From a virus (Duplodnaviria > Caudoviricetes), in IMG/VR virus record IMGVR_UViG_3300043726_000004, positions 37,819-101,818 of that record: a DNA stretch of 64,000 nt, one strand, 5' to 3'. The first letter of the stretch is position 1. Every line of letters starts with the position of its first letter. Below are positions 45,261 through 54,177 of the stretch, piece after piece. Below the pieces are notes generated by a model that saw nothing but the letters and a program-made list of their open reading frames with translations, was not told the origin of the DNA and ran no database searches. The translations under genes and the position numbers were made by a program.

Positions 45261-45716
45261 TTACGTGCAATCCTTTGTCCTGATTGTCCCCTGGAAGTCG
45301 AACGTGAACTGGCACGTGTTGTCCCGAAGGGAGTCCAGAATCGGTTTGAGGAACCGTGCGTCGCTGTAGACCGTTTCGGTGAAGGTCAAGTCGACGGTGT
45401 AGCTGGTGACGTAGCGCCATTCCAACTTACGCCCACCTGGCCTGTACGTGCCGGTGTTGATGGTAACCTGAGCACGCCACCGGTTGACTTCCGCGAAGCG
45501 TGTCCCGTCCAGCGAGTAGAACTCACCGTCCGAGCCCTGAATCAAGTTCGTGGGATCGAACGTAGTCAGGATCAAGCTCTGGAGCTCCGGCGGGTCGTTG
45601 ACCGCGAACGTGTAGCCGCGCTCGAACAGGTTGTTGACGTCGACATTGGCGATGTCGAAGTTGCCCATCGGAGTGCACTTGCGGAAGATGTAAATGCCTG
45701 GGTTAGCGACTGGCAT
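45261..45716 (-). CDS. tail tube protein (XkdM-like, apparently circularly permuted)
   Basis: Follows the sheath; FDP..LIQGSDGEFY...EV..W.AQV core. Confidence 0.85.
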   Translation of the reverse strand: MPVANPGIYIFRKCTPMGNFDIANVDVNNLFERGYTFAVNDPPELQSLILTTFDPTNLIQGSDGEFYSLDGTRFAEVNRWRAQVTINTGTYRPGGRKLEWRYVTSYTVDLTFTETVYSDARFLKPILDSLRDNTCQFTFDFQGTIRTKDCT

Positions 45717-45746
45717 GTCTGGCTCCGTACCTCCTTTCTTCGGGTC

Positions 45747-47189
45747 TCAGGCCGTTGCTTGCCAGCGGAACTGGAGCTTGGCCAACAGGTGCTCGATCAC
45801 GTCGTTGTCGTCGACGCGGATGATGACCTGGAAGGTGTCAGGGGCTGGCTGGACTGGATCTGCCGTTACAGTACCACCAGGGGCAATCAGACCTCGAACG
45901 ATGAAGTCGTTCACGACGCCTTGCGCAGTTCCAAGGACCATTCCTTGCCCTGCGATGTCGTTCAGGATCTTACCGACGAGCTGCAACCACAAACTCTGGA
46001 TCTGGCGGATCATGGCGAAGCGGATCCGTGTGCGGTGGAGCTTCTTCCAGCCTGCGTCCAGTTGCATTGTTGGTGCATTGAACGTAGTCAGGCCTTGCTC
46101 GACGACCATCTGACCCAGGAAGTTCTTGGTCAGTGGGATTGCACCGCTGTTGAGGGCGTTGACGACGTCGGCGTTGACAAGGTTGCCATAGATGCCAACA
46201 GCGTTCTGGATGACCGAGTACGTGAGGGCCTCTTCGAGGTTCTGACTCGCCATCATGCCGCACAGCCGAGCTGCGGCCTTCATGCCTTCTCGGACGGCGC
46301 CGTCGGAACCTGTGAAACCATTGATCACCAGCGCCACGGCCTTGTCGTTCATCGCCTTGGCATTTTGGAGCCGCGTGGCAAATGGGATTGCAGTCGGCTG
46401 ACCCATGATGGAGATGATCCACGAGCCTTCGCTGTTGAGCCGATCGACCCAGGACTGAACTGTGCCCTGCATGACCGAGTCCTCAACGTCGACAGCGACA
46501 ACTTCCCACTCGTGGTCGAGTTCCAGCACACCCAAGGCGGTGGAGTACATCAACGCCGTGATGCTTGCAGGGTCAGTACCGCCCGTCATCGCTGTATTAG
46601 TGACAGGGGCAAACTTGCCAGAACCCTTGACAACGTACTGGTAAGTGACCCACGGACTACCGATCTGCGCCATCGCAGTGACCAAGTTCTGGCCTTCGTC
46701 GTCGGTCGTGGTCACGTACTTCGTGAACGGGATAGTCTGTACCAGTTGGTTCTGGTAGTAGATCACCAACTCTCGCAGTGTGGTGTTGCTCAGGTTGTCA
46801 CGGATGGTGTACGTTATGGAGTTACCATCGGTACCTGGCTGTGCAGCGAACAGGTTACCGATGGTGACCCCCGGCGACGTTGAGTCGTCCTTGACGGCCG
46901 CTGTCGCTTGCGCGCTCACGTCGCCTACCCGGACGGTCTTGACGAGGTTGATCCCGCCTCGAAACATCTCTCGCACGACATCCGTCGTACCGCTGGAGCC
47001 GAAGTAGGCCGTCAGCTGGTCCATCGACTCGAGCTCAACGATCTGGTTCAATGGACCACGAGTGCCACGAATGATCGCAGCACCTGTGCCTTGTGCGTCG
47101 GGGAGCTTCGGTGGCTCCCCGATGTTCATGAAGGCGAATGCTGGACCCGGTCGAACGGGTACAGTGCCGATCGCGTACGTACCAGGCAT
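45747..47189 (-). CDS. contractile tail sheath protein
   Basis: VRPG, GPLNQ, GGTD, VEQGLTT, WKKL..R. Confidence 0.92.
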   Translation of the reverse strand: MPGTYAIGTVPVRPGPAFAFMNIGEPPKLPDAQGTGAAIIRGTRGPLNQIVELESMDQLTAYFGSSGTTDVVREMFRGGINLVKTVRVGDVSAQATAAVKDDSTSPGVTIGNLFAAQPGTDGNSITYTIRDNLSNTTLRELVIYYQNQLVQTIPFTKYVTTTDDEGQNLVTAMAQIGSPWVTYQYVVKGSGKFAPVTNTAMTGGTDPASITALMYSTALGVLELDHEWEVVAVDVEDSVMQGTVQSWVDRLNSEGSWIISIMGQPTAIPFATRLQNAKAMNDKAVALVINGFTGSDGAVREGMKAAARLCGMMASQNLEEALTYSVIQNAVGIYGNLVNADVVNALNSGAIPLTKNFLGQMVVEQGLTTFNAPTMQLDAGWKKLHRTRIRFAMIRQIQSLWLQLVGKILNDIAGQGMVLGTAQGVVNDFIVRGLIAPGGTVTADPVQPAPDTFQVIIRVDDNDVIEHLLAKLQFRWQATA

Positions 47190-47198
47190 GTTTGTGCC

Positions 47199-47549
47199 TT
47201 ACACCTCCCGTCCGAGGAACTGTGGCAGCCACTCTTCGAGGTCGGACTTCGTGAACTCGGTGACTGGCTGTCCGGTTTCCTGCTCTCGCCATCGCAGGAC
47301 ACCCATCAGGATCTCAGGCCTCGCGTCGCCGAAGCCAGAGGACTCCATGATGTCTTCACGGGTATAGACCGACTCGTTCGGATCCCGCTGTCGTGGCTGC
47401 CCTTGCTGCCCTTGCTGGGGCTGCTGTTCAGCAGCGGCGGCACTCTGCGGCTGGGGCGCCGCAACAGGTTCCTGTTGCGCCTCTGCGGGAGGGTTCGTTG
47501 GTGTATCTCCCGAACCTGTGGACGCGCTACGCTGGGCTGGCTGGGTCAT
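47199..47549 (-). CDS. hypothetical protein (YqzN-like C-terminus)
   Basis: AAGGAGG RBS; ends FLGREV; precedes the sheath. Confidence 0.7.
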   Translation of the reverse strand: MTQPAQRSASTGSGDTPTNPPAEAQQEPVAAPQPQSAAAAEQQPQQGQQGQPRQRDPNESVYTREDIMESSGFGDARPEILMGVLRWREQETGQPVTEFTKSDLEEWLPQFLGREV

Positions 47550-47564
47550 TACTCCTCCTTACGG

Positions 47565-48464
47565 TTATGGCGACGGCGGTGCCGTAACTACGAACTGTGG
47601 GACAGTACCCTCCGTTGGCGACGACTGTGCTGTGACAATGTACTGCGGCGATTCGAGAAGGGCGAGCCCTCGTAATACGCCGTAGCGGATGGGAATTCGG
47701 ATCTGTCCCTGTCGCCAAGGGTTGCTTGAGAAGTTGACCACAAGACCTGGTTGGATGTACATCTTTCGACCGTCGTCCATACAGATCCAGGCCTCGATTG
47801 AAAGTGCGTCACGAACATGTGCGGCCCATTCCCATCCAGCCGTTGCCGATTTAGTGATAACGTGACCGACTAGGGTGCCTGTACGCCACTGACACAGATT
47901 CATTTTCTCCGTGTCTGTGGTCTGCTCCATTCGAAAGTATACACCCGGGGAGGTGTCATCAGGCAGCCACTGCGTTACGTCAATCTGAATGGTACCAGCC
48001 GGAAATGCAGCTTGCACGAAGGTTGCCGTCGACCACGCTGGATCTGGAACAACCCCTGTTGGTTTCAGCCACGACAAGTTGATGACTGTAAACCGTTCAC
48101 CTCGGTTTAGGTTGATAAGTTGCGTATCGGTCGTGTCTGCACGCACTCCTGAGTCGAACCACAACTGATACCGTTCGGCAGGAACGTCGCTGGACACAAC
48201 GACGAGCCCGTGAAGACAGCCACGGATCTCACGTCGCAGCATGTCGATGTCGACGTAGGTATTCGGTTCAACAACCGGAACGACCTCAATTTGGGACGCG
48301 TTCGGGATCCACCAGTCTGTGAACGCATCAACGCCTTCACGAACGATGAGGTACGGTCGTTCGGGGTTGATATAGCCTGGGACGTGAGGCTCGAAGACAC
48401 GGCCTTCAACCTCTGGTACGCACGCTATGAGGGCCTTTTCGACCTCTTCGCGAAGGGTGGTCAT
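47565..48464 (-). CDS. tail terminator/completion protein
   Basis: GRVFEP...RPYLIV; position. Confidence 0.7.
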   Translation of the reverse strand: MTTLREEVEKALIACVPEVEGRVFEPHVPGYINPERPYLIVREGVDAFTDWWIPNASQIEVVPVVEPNTYVDIDMLRREIRGCLHGLVVVSSDVPAERYQLWFDSGVRADTTDTQLINLNRGERFTVINLSWLKPTGVVPDPAWSTATFVQAAFPAGTIQIDVTQWLPDDTSPGVYFRMEQTTDTEKMNLCQWRTGTLVGHVITKSATAGWEWAAHVRDALSIEAWICMDDGRKMYIQPGLVVNFSSNPWRQGQIRIPIRYGVLRGLALLESPQYIVTAQSSPTEGTVPQFVVTAPPSP

Positions 48465-48473
48465 TGGATGCAG

Positions 48474-48905
48474 TTACGACCAGTACTTCGCCACGATGTC
48501 ATCGATCTTTGGACCGTAAATGTTGGCCGTAGGACCAACTATGGCGAGGTTACCACCGTCGCCTTCTTCCAGGATGTCACCGTAGTCGCAGATCGAGTCG
48601 TCGTACCCGAACTCCACGTCGATGGAGAAGTACTCCCCATCCATTTCCGGTCCGTTCTTTTGGACCGTGATCTTGCAGTACAGGCTTGCTCTTGCATTAC
48701 CTGTCCTATCCTGCCAAGGCGCGTTTTGCTTCATGTAGGCCGTAGCGTCCTGAGCTAGGTCGTGAAGCTCCTTGGTCATCGCGTGGGTACGATCTTCGAG
48801 TTCCTTATGCCAGGCGTCAGCAAGACCTTGGATCGAGTCGACCTCCACCATCTCGCCGGCGGCTGCGACTAGATCCTCTGCTACTGCTGGGATAAAGAAT
48901 GACAT
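48474..48905 (-). CDS. HK97 gp10-like neck protein
   Basis: MKQNAPWQDRTGNARASL, YG.ILE. Confidence 0.85.
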   Translation of the reverse strand: MSFFIPAVAEDLVAAAGEMVEVDSIQGLADAWHKELEDRTHAMTKELHDLAQDATAYMKQNAPWQDRTGNARASLYCKITVQKNGPEMDGEYFSIDVEFGYDDSICDYGDILEEGDGGNLAIVGPTANIYGPKIDDIVAKYWS

Positions 48906-48945
48906 TGTGACCCCTCACTTTGTCCTTACCTTGAGCGCGACCCCG

Positions 48946-49362
48946 CTACGTGATAACCTCGAGGTCGCACTCGTATCCGAAGACCTGACCTTCCATCTGC
49001 ATGACTGAAACACCCACAATACGCATATGACCGCGTCGTGGGTCATCGAACTCATCGAGTACGTGCGGTCCGTACATTGCATCTAGGCTTGCTTTGCCTG
49101 GGTACAAGTTCTGACCACCATACCCGAACATGCCGAAGACTACTGACACTTGCTGCGTTCCAGCGAGAGTCGTCACTATTCTTGGGCTTGCACCAGCCGC
49201 GCGGATGAAAATACGAACGGGAAACGGACCGTAGTCCGATTCGACGGTTTGGAGTGCGGACCCTGCAGGATTGCGTTGCTTCCGATGGATTACTATATCC
49301 TGCGGGTCGAGTTGGATCATGAAGTCGTGCGCCGTAACGTAGGCGTTGAGGACTGCTCCCAT
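48946..49362 (-). CDS. head closure/stopper protein
   Basis: Position, size and beta-rich composition. Confidence 0.65.
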   Translation of the reverse strand: MGAVLNAYVTAHDFMIQLDPQDIVIHRKQRNPAGSALQTVESDYGPFPVRIFIRAAGASPRIVTTLAGTQQVSVVFGMFGYGGQNLYPGKASLDAMYGPHVLDEFDDPRRGHMRIVGVSVMQMEGQVFGYECDLEVIT

Positions 49363-49377
49363 GTTGGTGTCCGTGTT

Positions 49378-49842
49378 TTACGGGATACCCCCTACGCCTC
49401 CGATGCCACCGACGAGCGGCCAAGGAATACCCGATGCTGCCAACGCGTTCTTGTACTGGGACTCCGTCGTGGTATCGTCGCGGATGACAGTCTGTGCTAC
49501 GACGTAGTAGTCGATAGCGTACGCTGTAGACCCGAAGCCAGGAATCAGACCGCGATAGTACTGCGCCATTCGCATAGCGAAGTCCGCCATGTCCTTCGGT
49601 GTCGCAAACTGGACACGCTCCGACCCTGCGGAAACGGAGAGAATGCCCACATTGTTCGAGACGACTTTCGCCGCCTTCGCCATCCAGGCATTCGCTGCCG
49701 CCTCCTGCAGGGAGTCCGCCGTCTGGAGGTAGACGTCAATCTCCGCATCAGTGAAGCGGGTATCGGTGTCAGTACCCCCAGGGGGAATGACCTCATCGAT
49801 CAATACCCTGAGGGCTTGCTCCAGTTCAGGCGTCGGAGTCAT
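49378..49842 (-). CDS. head-tail adaptor
   Basis: LRVLIDE...FTDAEID..L...AAA..W..KA. Confidence 0.8.
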   Translation of the reverse strand: MTPTPELEQALRVLIDEVIPPGGTDTDTRFTDAEIDVYLQTADSLQEAAANAWMAKAAKVVSNNVGILSVSAGSERVQFATPKDMADFAMRMAQYYRGLIPGFGSTAYAIDYYVVAQTVIRDDTTTESQYKNALAASGIPWPLVGGIGGVGGIP

Positions 49843-49874
49843 GTTCAGTCCGTCCGGTCAGTGGAGGCTCTGAC

Positions 49875-50792
49875 CTAGGCTGACGGCTTCGGTTGCGTCG
49901 GCGGCGCTTGTGGCGTTGTTGGTCCCTGACCTTGCTGCGCCGCAGGGGCAGTTGCCGGGGTGGTTCCTGTAGTAGGAGCCGCCGGTGTCGCTGCAGTACC
50001 CTCCTGGGTAGTAGTACCACTATTCTGGCTCAGACCCTTAGGAGTACCCTCCTCGGCACGAGCCTCGGCGGCTTCCTGCAGGGCTTGCTGCCGCTTTGCG
50101 CGCTTCTCTTCGGCGCTGCCTTCGCCACTGGCTTCCTCTTCGGCGCCGGTGTCAAGGAGTTCCTGAGTCGCGCTGCTGAGACCTGCGGTACCCGTAAGCG
50201 AGCTGGCCATGCCACCAGTTGGCCGTACAGCCTGATGAGCTTCCAGCTTCTCGCCCCAGGTGCCACCGACGCGCTGTCGGTGAGCGTCTCGGGCTTCGGC
50301 GATATCTTCCATGTTCGCACCGCCAGCGGAGAACGTTGCACCTGGCACCGGCGAGTGGATAATGATCTCCTCCCGCGGTTGCTCTGGACCCTTGCCGCCG
50401 ATGACGACCTCGGCTGCCGCCTCCTCGAGGGAGATCGGTGATCCGTTGCCGTACGGAATCGGCTTCGCTTCGAGGTCGGGCTTTTCGGTCACAGGAGTGA
50501 GATACAGCTTGAACAGGTCGGGGCGCGGCTCGAAGTACGGGCAGTTGTGAATTGCCACGTCGCCACCGTCAGACCACCTGCGCTGTGGAAGAGCTGGGTG
50601 ACACCTCTCCACAGGCAGGTAGTCGACGTCTGCACCTGGAAGCCAAGGATACCAGATGCAGCGCGCGCATTGCGCGGTCCCTTCGGCGAGATCGGGAGTT
50701 CCACCCTGACCGCCTGCGGGATCCACTTCGGTCATTGGCGTCTGTGCGTCCTGCTGGGACTGCACTTCTGCCGTGGTTGATGCTTCAGCCAT
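49875..50792 (-). CDS. hypothetical protein with Cys/His cluster and low-complexity tail
   Basis: AAGGAGG RBS; CARC...CH...HNC. Confidence 0.7.
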   Translation of the reverse strand: MAEASTTAEVQSQQDAQTPMTEVDPAGGQGGTPDLAEGTAQCARCIWYPWLPGADVDYLPVERCHPALPQRRWSDGGDVAIHNCPYFEPRPDLFKLYLTPVTEKPDLEAKPIPYGNGSPISLEEAAAEVVIGGKGPEQPREEIIIHSPVPGATFSAGGANMEDIAEARDAHRQRVGGTWGEKLEAHQAVRPTGGMASSLTGTAGLSSATQELLDTGAEEEASGEGSAEEKRAKRQQALQEAAEARAEEGTPKGLSQNSGTTTQEGTAATPAAPTTGTTPATAPAAQQGQGPTTPQAPPTQPKPSA

Positions 50793-50822
50793 TGTGAGTT
50801 TGGATCCTCCTTGGCTTCCTGG

Positions 50823-51884
50823 TTACGGCAGCGTCACCTCATGGGCCATGTACGCGAGCGCGGCGTACACACCGAGACGGCACCGACCGACGATTGCGTT
50901 CTCGATGAGCCTCTTGAGGTCAGCGCCGTCTGCATCGACCCGCAGACCGTGCTTGACAAGGCTTCGGCACCAGCGCTGTGGCTCGATCAGGTACGCCTTG
51001 TTCGTCGGAACTGCAGGGTACGTGTACGTTCGCTCGCCGACCTGGACGGAGTAGCCCGGGTAGTAGATGAACGTAGTGATGCCGGTGGCGAGTGCCGGGT
51101 ACTGGGTACCACTGACCACCAACGCCTGTAGCGCCTCTTCGATGTCCCACCGGTTCGACGGGTGGACGAGCATAACGCTTGGCTGCAGGACGCCGATGCG
51201 GTTGCCGATCGCGTCGAAGATCGGGTTGTTGTTGAGGTTGACCATCGCCTGACGCATGGTCGCACGCATGTTCAGAATGCGTGTGGTCTCCGTCGTGACC
51301 GCGGCGGTCTTGTTCGCGGCAGGGTACGTGTACGAGAAGATGGGGGAGAGGTGCAAATGGTTCATGAGGGCGTTGTACGCCTCACCCATTGCACGAGCCG
51401 ACTCAGCAGCTTCCCACGTCTGGTCGTAGAGGATCATGTCCTCAGTCCACTGGAACCCGGCCGCGTACGTCACGATCGGGACAGTGTCCCTGGCGCCGAA
51501 GATGCGTGCGCCGAACTTGACTTCCTCCAGCTCGATGTGCTCAAGGAAGATGACGCGCGCAGCGGAGAGGATGCCTCCGATGTTGACGTTCATCGTGAAG
51601 TTTGGGTCTTCCATGATCCGATAAATCGGCTCGTACATGGTTGGGACCGCTTCACGACCGATCTCGAGGTCGATGATCGTACGGATGATGATGGAGTCGA
51701 GGGCGGCGCTGGTCGTCAGCAACTCACCCATTGGACGGGTGAATTCGAACGTTTCCATCTCGCCGTTGACCATCTTCTTCTCGGCGTACTTGGTCTGTCC
51801 GTCGAGGGTATACGGAATCTGTTCCGTGATGGTCCTTGAAGCCCGCTCTGCGCGCAGGCCTTCGAGTGTCAGAACGCGTGCCAT
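50823..51884 (-). CDS. major capsid protein
   Basis: 353 aa; strong codon bias; position after the decoration gene. Confidence 0.88.
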   Translation of the reverse strand: MARVLTLEGLRAERASRTITEQIPYTLDGQTKYAEKKMVNGEMETFEFTRPMGELLTTSAALDSIIIRTIIDLEIGREAVPTMYEPIYRIMEDPNFTMNVNIGGILSAARVIFLEHIELEEVKFGARIFGARDTVPIVTYAAGFQWTEDMILYDQTWEAAESARAMGEAYNALMNHLHLSPIFSYTYPAANKTAAVTTETTRILNMRATMRQAMVNLNNNPIFDAIGNRIGVLQPSVMLVHPSNRWDIEEALQALVVSGTQYPALATGITTFIYYPGYSVQVGERTYTYPAVPTNKAYLIEPQRWCRSLVKHGLRVDADGADLKRLIENAIVGRCRLGVYAALAYMAHEVTLP

Positions 51885-51900
51885 GTGTCTGATTCCTCCC

Positions 51901-52269
51901 TTAGTCGCCGCGCTCGGCGGATGAACCGAGGAATACGAACCAGATCACGTTGTTCGCGTCCTTTGCGGAAGTTACGCGACCTGCCTTTCGGCCACCTGCG
52001 ATAGTTGCCGTGCTGAAACGGTTGTTCGCAGGATCCCACCAGAGCAGGTCGCCGACGTTGTACGCCTGCGCGACGTCAATCTGGGAGGTCTCGTACTCCG
52101 CTGACTCGATCGTGAGGATGAGGGGCAGCGTCTGGCCTACGCCAGTCGTCACGCCCACGCCGGCCCATCCGAGCCACCCTTGAACCAATGCGAAACTGTA
52201 CTGCGGAATAGTACTGCTCGCGGGCAGGGTAACTCGAACAGCCCGTCCATCGGAAACCCTACGGCCCAT
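51901..52269 (-). CDS. capsid decoration/cement protein (DUF2190-like)
   Basis: RVSDGRAVRV...VGD.LWWD...GRVT.AKD. Confidence 0.8.
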   Translation of the reverse strand: MGRRVSDGRAVRVTLPASSTIPQYSFALVQGWLGWAGVGVTTGVGQTLPLILTIESAEYETSQIDVAQAYNVGDLLWWDPANNRFSTATIAGGRKAGRVTSAKDANNVIWFVFLGSSAERGD

Positions 52270-52306
52270 TGCCTAGGTCCTCCTTCAGTGTTGGGTGTTC
52301 TGGCGC

Positions 52307-54049
52307 CTAGCTGGCCACCCGAACCGTCTTGCGACGCAGGAACTCATTCTGGGTCGAACCATTCGAACTGCCCGACCCCGTGCCGTTGTTGGCACCGCTC
52401 CCGCTGGAGTTCGTGTGTGCTTGTCCGCCGTTCGGTGTCTGACTGCCTGCCTCGAGCAGGTTGCCAATGGCATCCTTGACGCTCTGACGTCCGAGCATCT
52501 CGCCGACCACACCCTTGATCTGATCGGCGGACATGTCTTTCGTCAAGTGAGGAGTCACCAGGTCGTTGACGAGCGGCCGAGCCTTCTCGTTCACGACCAT
52601 TTCGCCGAGAATGGTGGACACTCTGCCATTGAACTCGGCGTTGGACACGTTGGCTTCTGCCGTGTGCGCTTCCTTGGTGCGCGTGACCAAGGCTTCAGCC
52701 GTGGTCGCACTTGCGTCAAGCCCGAACACGCCCGTCATTTCGCCGAAGGCCTTGTCGCGCGCACTCAGGCGCTCCCACGTGTCCTTGTCAATGATCACGG
52801 CGGCCGTAGGGAGATCAACCTTGAGAACGGGAAGCACTTCAGCAGCGCTCCAACCCATCTCGCCGAGGACCTCTTCAGGCTTCGCCCGACCCTCTTTGAG
52901 GGCTGCTACTGCCTCTGCAACTGTCACCTTGTGACCTCCCTGACCTCCTTGGTTTCCGGTGTGCCCCTCACTGTTCGCGCCGGTTTGCCGGCCGCTTTGG
53001 CCTTGTTCGCCGCCTGCGGCTCCTGCTACCGCTGTACCACGTTGGGATTCGGTCGTCCCCCGTTGCCCTCTGTTCCCGGCACCGGTGGAGCTATCACCCG
53101 AATTTCCGTCCCCGGCCTGATGCTCGTTGCTCCTAGAACCGTCACCTTCTCCATGCGACTCTGTGCTTGAGGAGGAGCCGGCAGTTCCGTGTCGGTTTTC
53201 TGTACTCCCTGACTGGTGATCACCGTCGTTTGAGGTTTGCGACCCCGAACCGCTGCCACCTGACCCGTTTGACCCGTCGGTTGACGACCCGTTGTTGGAC
53301 GATTCTGTCGAATGTTGCTGGTTATTACCTGCTTGACCACTTGCTCCTGTGCCTCCTGTGGTGTCGTCTGTGACGGTGCCGTCGTCGATATGAACGACAT
53401 CGCCGATGTCAGGCCCTGTCTGATCGACCATTTCGCCGAGAGCGACGATACGCGTTTCCATACCGGCTCGCCCTAGAGGCGTCCAGTCGATGGACAGGGG
53501 ATCATAATCAACAACGTCGACCCCGTTGGGTCCTTGCTGGAGCTTCGGAAGGCCGAAGATGGATGTCTGAGTGATTGCTTTCGTGCGGATCCACCGCTTC
53601 AGGTTCTCGGCGGCCTTGTCGACGATGCCTCGGAAGTAGGCTTTACCCTTTCCAACCACCTGGCCGTTCGCGTCCACGATTACGGCTTCTGGGTCGAACT
53701 TTGCTCCGACCCAGTGAGTGACAGGGATTGGGAATTGATGGCTCACATCTTCAGGCTTCTGGTGGCCGAGAAAACCAGGAAGCCCACCGTTGTTGACGGC
53801 GTCGACAACGCGCTGCAGTGCTTGCGCACGATAGTTCCAGCCGCGCTTCGACTTGCCGACTGGAGTTTCAACCACGACTTCCAATGGGTCGTTATCGCCG
53901 TTGCGGAAGCTGTCTACGTTCGCCCATGCAGCTGCTGGAATGTCAGCTACACGGATCTCGCCCGCAGCAGGCGTCTCTGCCGTAGACAGAGGCGACAATT
54001 GCGCGACAAGCGCAACGGGCTTAGACTGGCTGGCAGAGTTGTTCCCCAT
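52307..54049 (-). CDS. prohead protease-scaffold fusion (putative)
   Basis: Globular N-terminal domain (GFLGH, TSIFG, SIDW), G/S linker, helical C-terminal domain; between portal and capsid. Confidence 0.7.
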   Translation of the reverse strand: MGNNSASQSKPVALVAQLSPLSTAETPAAGEIRVADIPAAAWANVDSFRNGDNDPLEVVVETPVGKSKRGWNYRAQALQRVVDAVNNGGLPGFLGHQKPEDVSHQFPIPVTHWVGAKFDPEAVIVDANGQVVGKGKAYFRGIVDKAAENLKRWIRTKAITQTSIFGLPKLQQGPNGVDVVDYDPLSIDWTPLGRAGMETRIVALGEMVDQTGPDIGDVVHIDDGTVTDDTTGGTGASGQAGNNQQHSTESSNNGSSTDGSNGSGGSGSGSQTSNDGDHQSGSTENRHGTAGSSSSTESHGEGDGSRSNEHQAGDGNSGDSSTGAGNRGQRGTTESQRGTAVAGAAGGEQGQSGRQTGANSEGHTGNQGGQGGHKVTVAEAVAALKEGRAKPEEVLGEMGWSAAEVLPVLKVDLPTAAVIIDKDTWERLSARDKAFGEMTGVFGLDASATTAEALVTRTKEAHTAEANVSNAEFNGRVSTILGEMVVNEKARPLVNDLVTPHLTKDMSADQIKGVVGEMLGRQSVKDAIGNLLEAGSQTPNGGQAHTNSSGSGANNGTGSGSSNGSTQNEFLRRKTVRVAS

Positions 54050-54074
54050 TATGAGTCTACGATCCTATATTGGT

Positions 54075-54104
54075 ATTATATGTCAGGTCCACGTGGACTA
54101 TCAA
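54075..54104 (-). promoter_or_regulatory. promoter of the head genes with a palindromic spacer
   Basis: TTGATA-N18-TATAAT; GTCCACGTGGAC at 54087-54098. Confidence 0.7.
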
Positions 54105-54177
54105 TGAGTCCTGCAAAAGTCGAGAGGATAACAGCCGGACCAAATCACACTTCTCCGGCATTCACTCCGGAAGTGGA

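Noticed and set aside
45246-46883. 545-aa + strand ORF (also 52295..53170 and 54910..55995)
   Set aside because: Antisense shadows of strongly codon-biased structural genes, with no motifs
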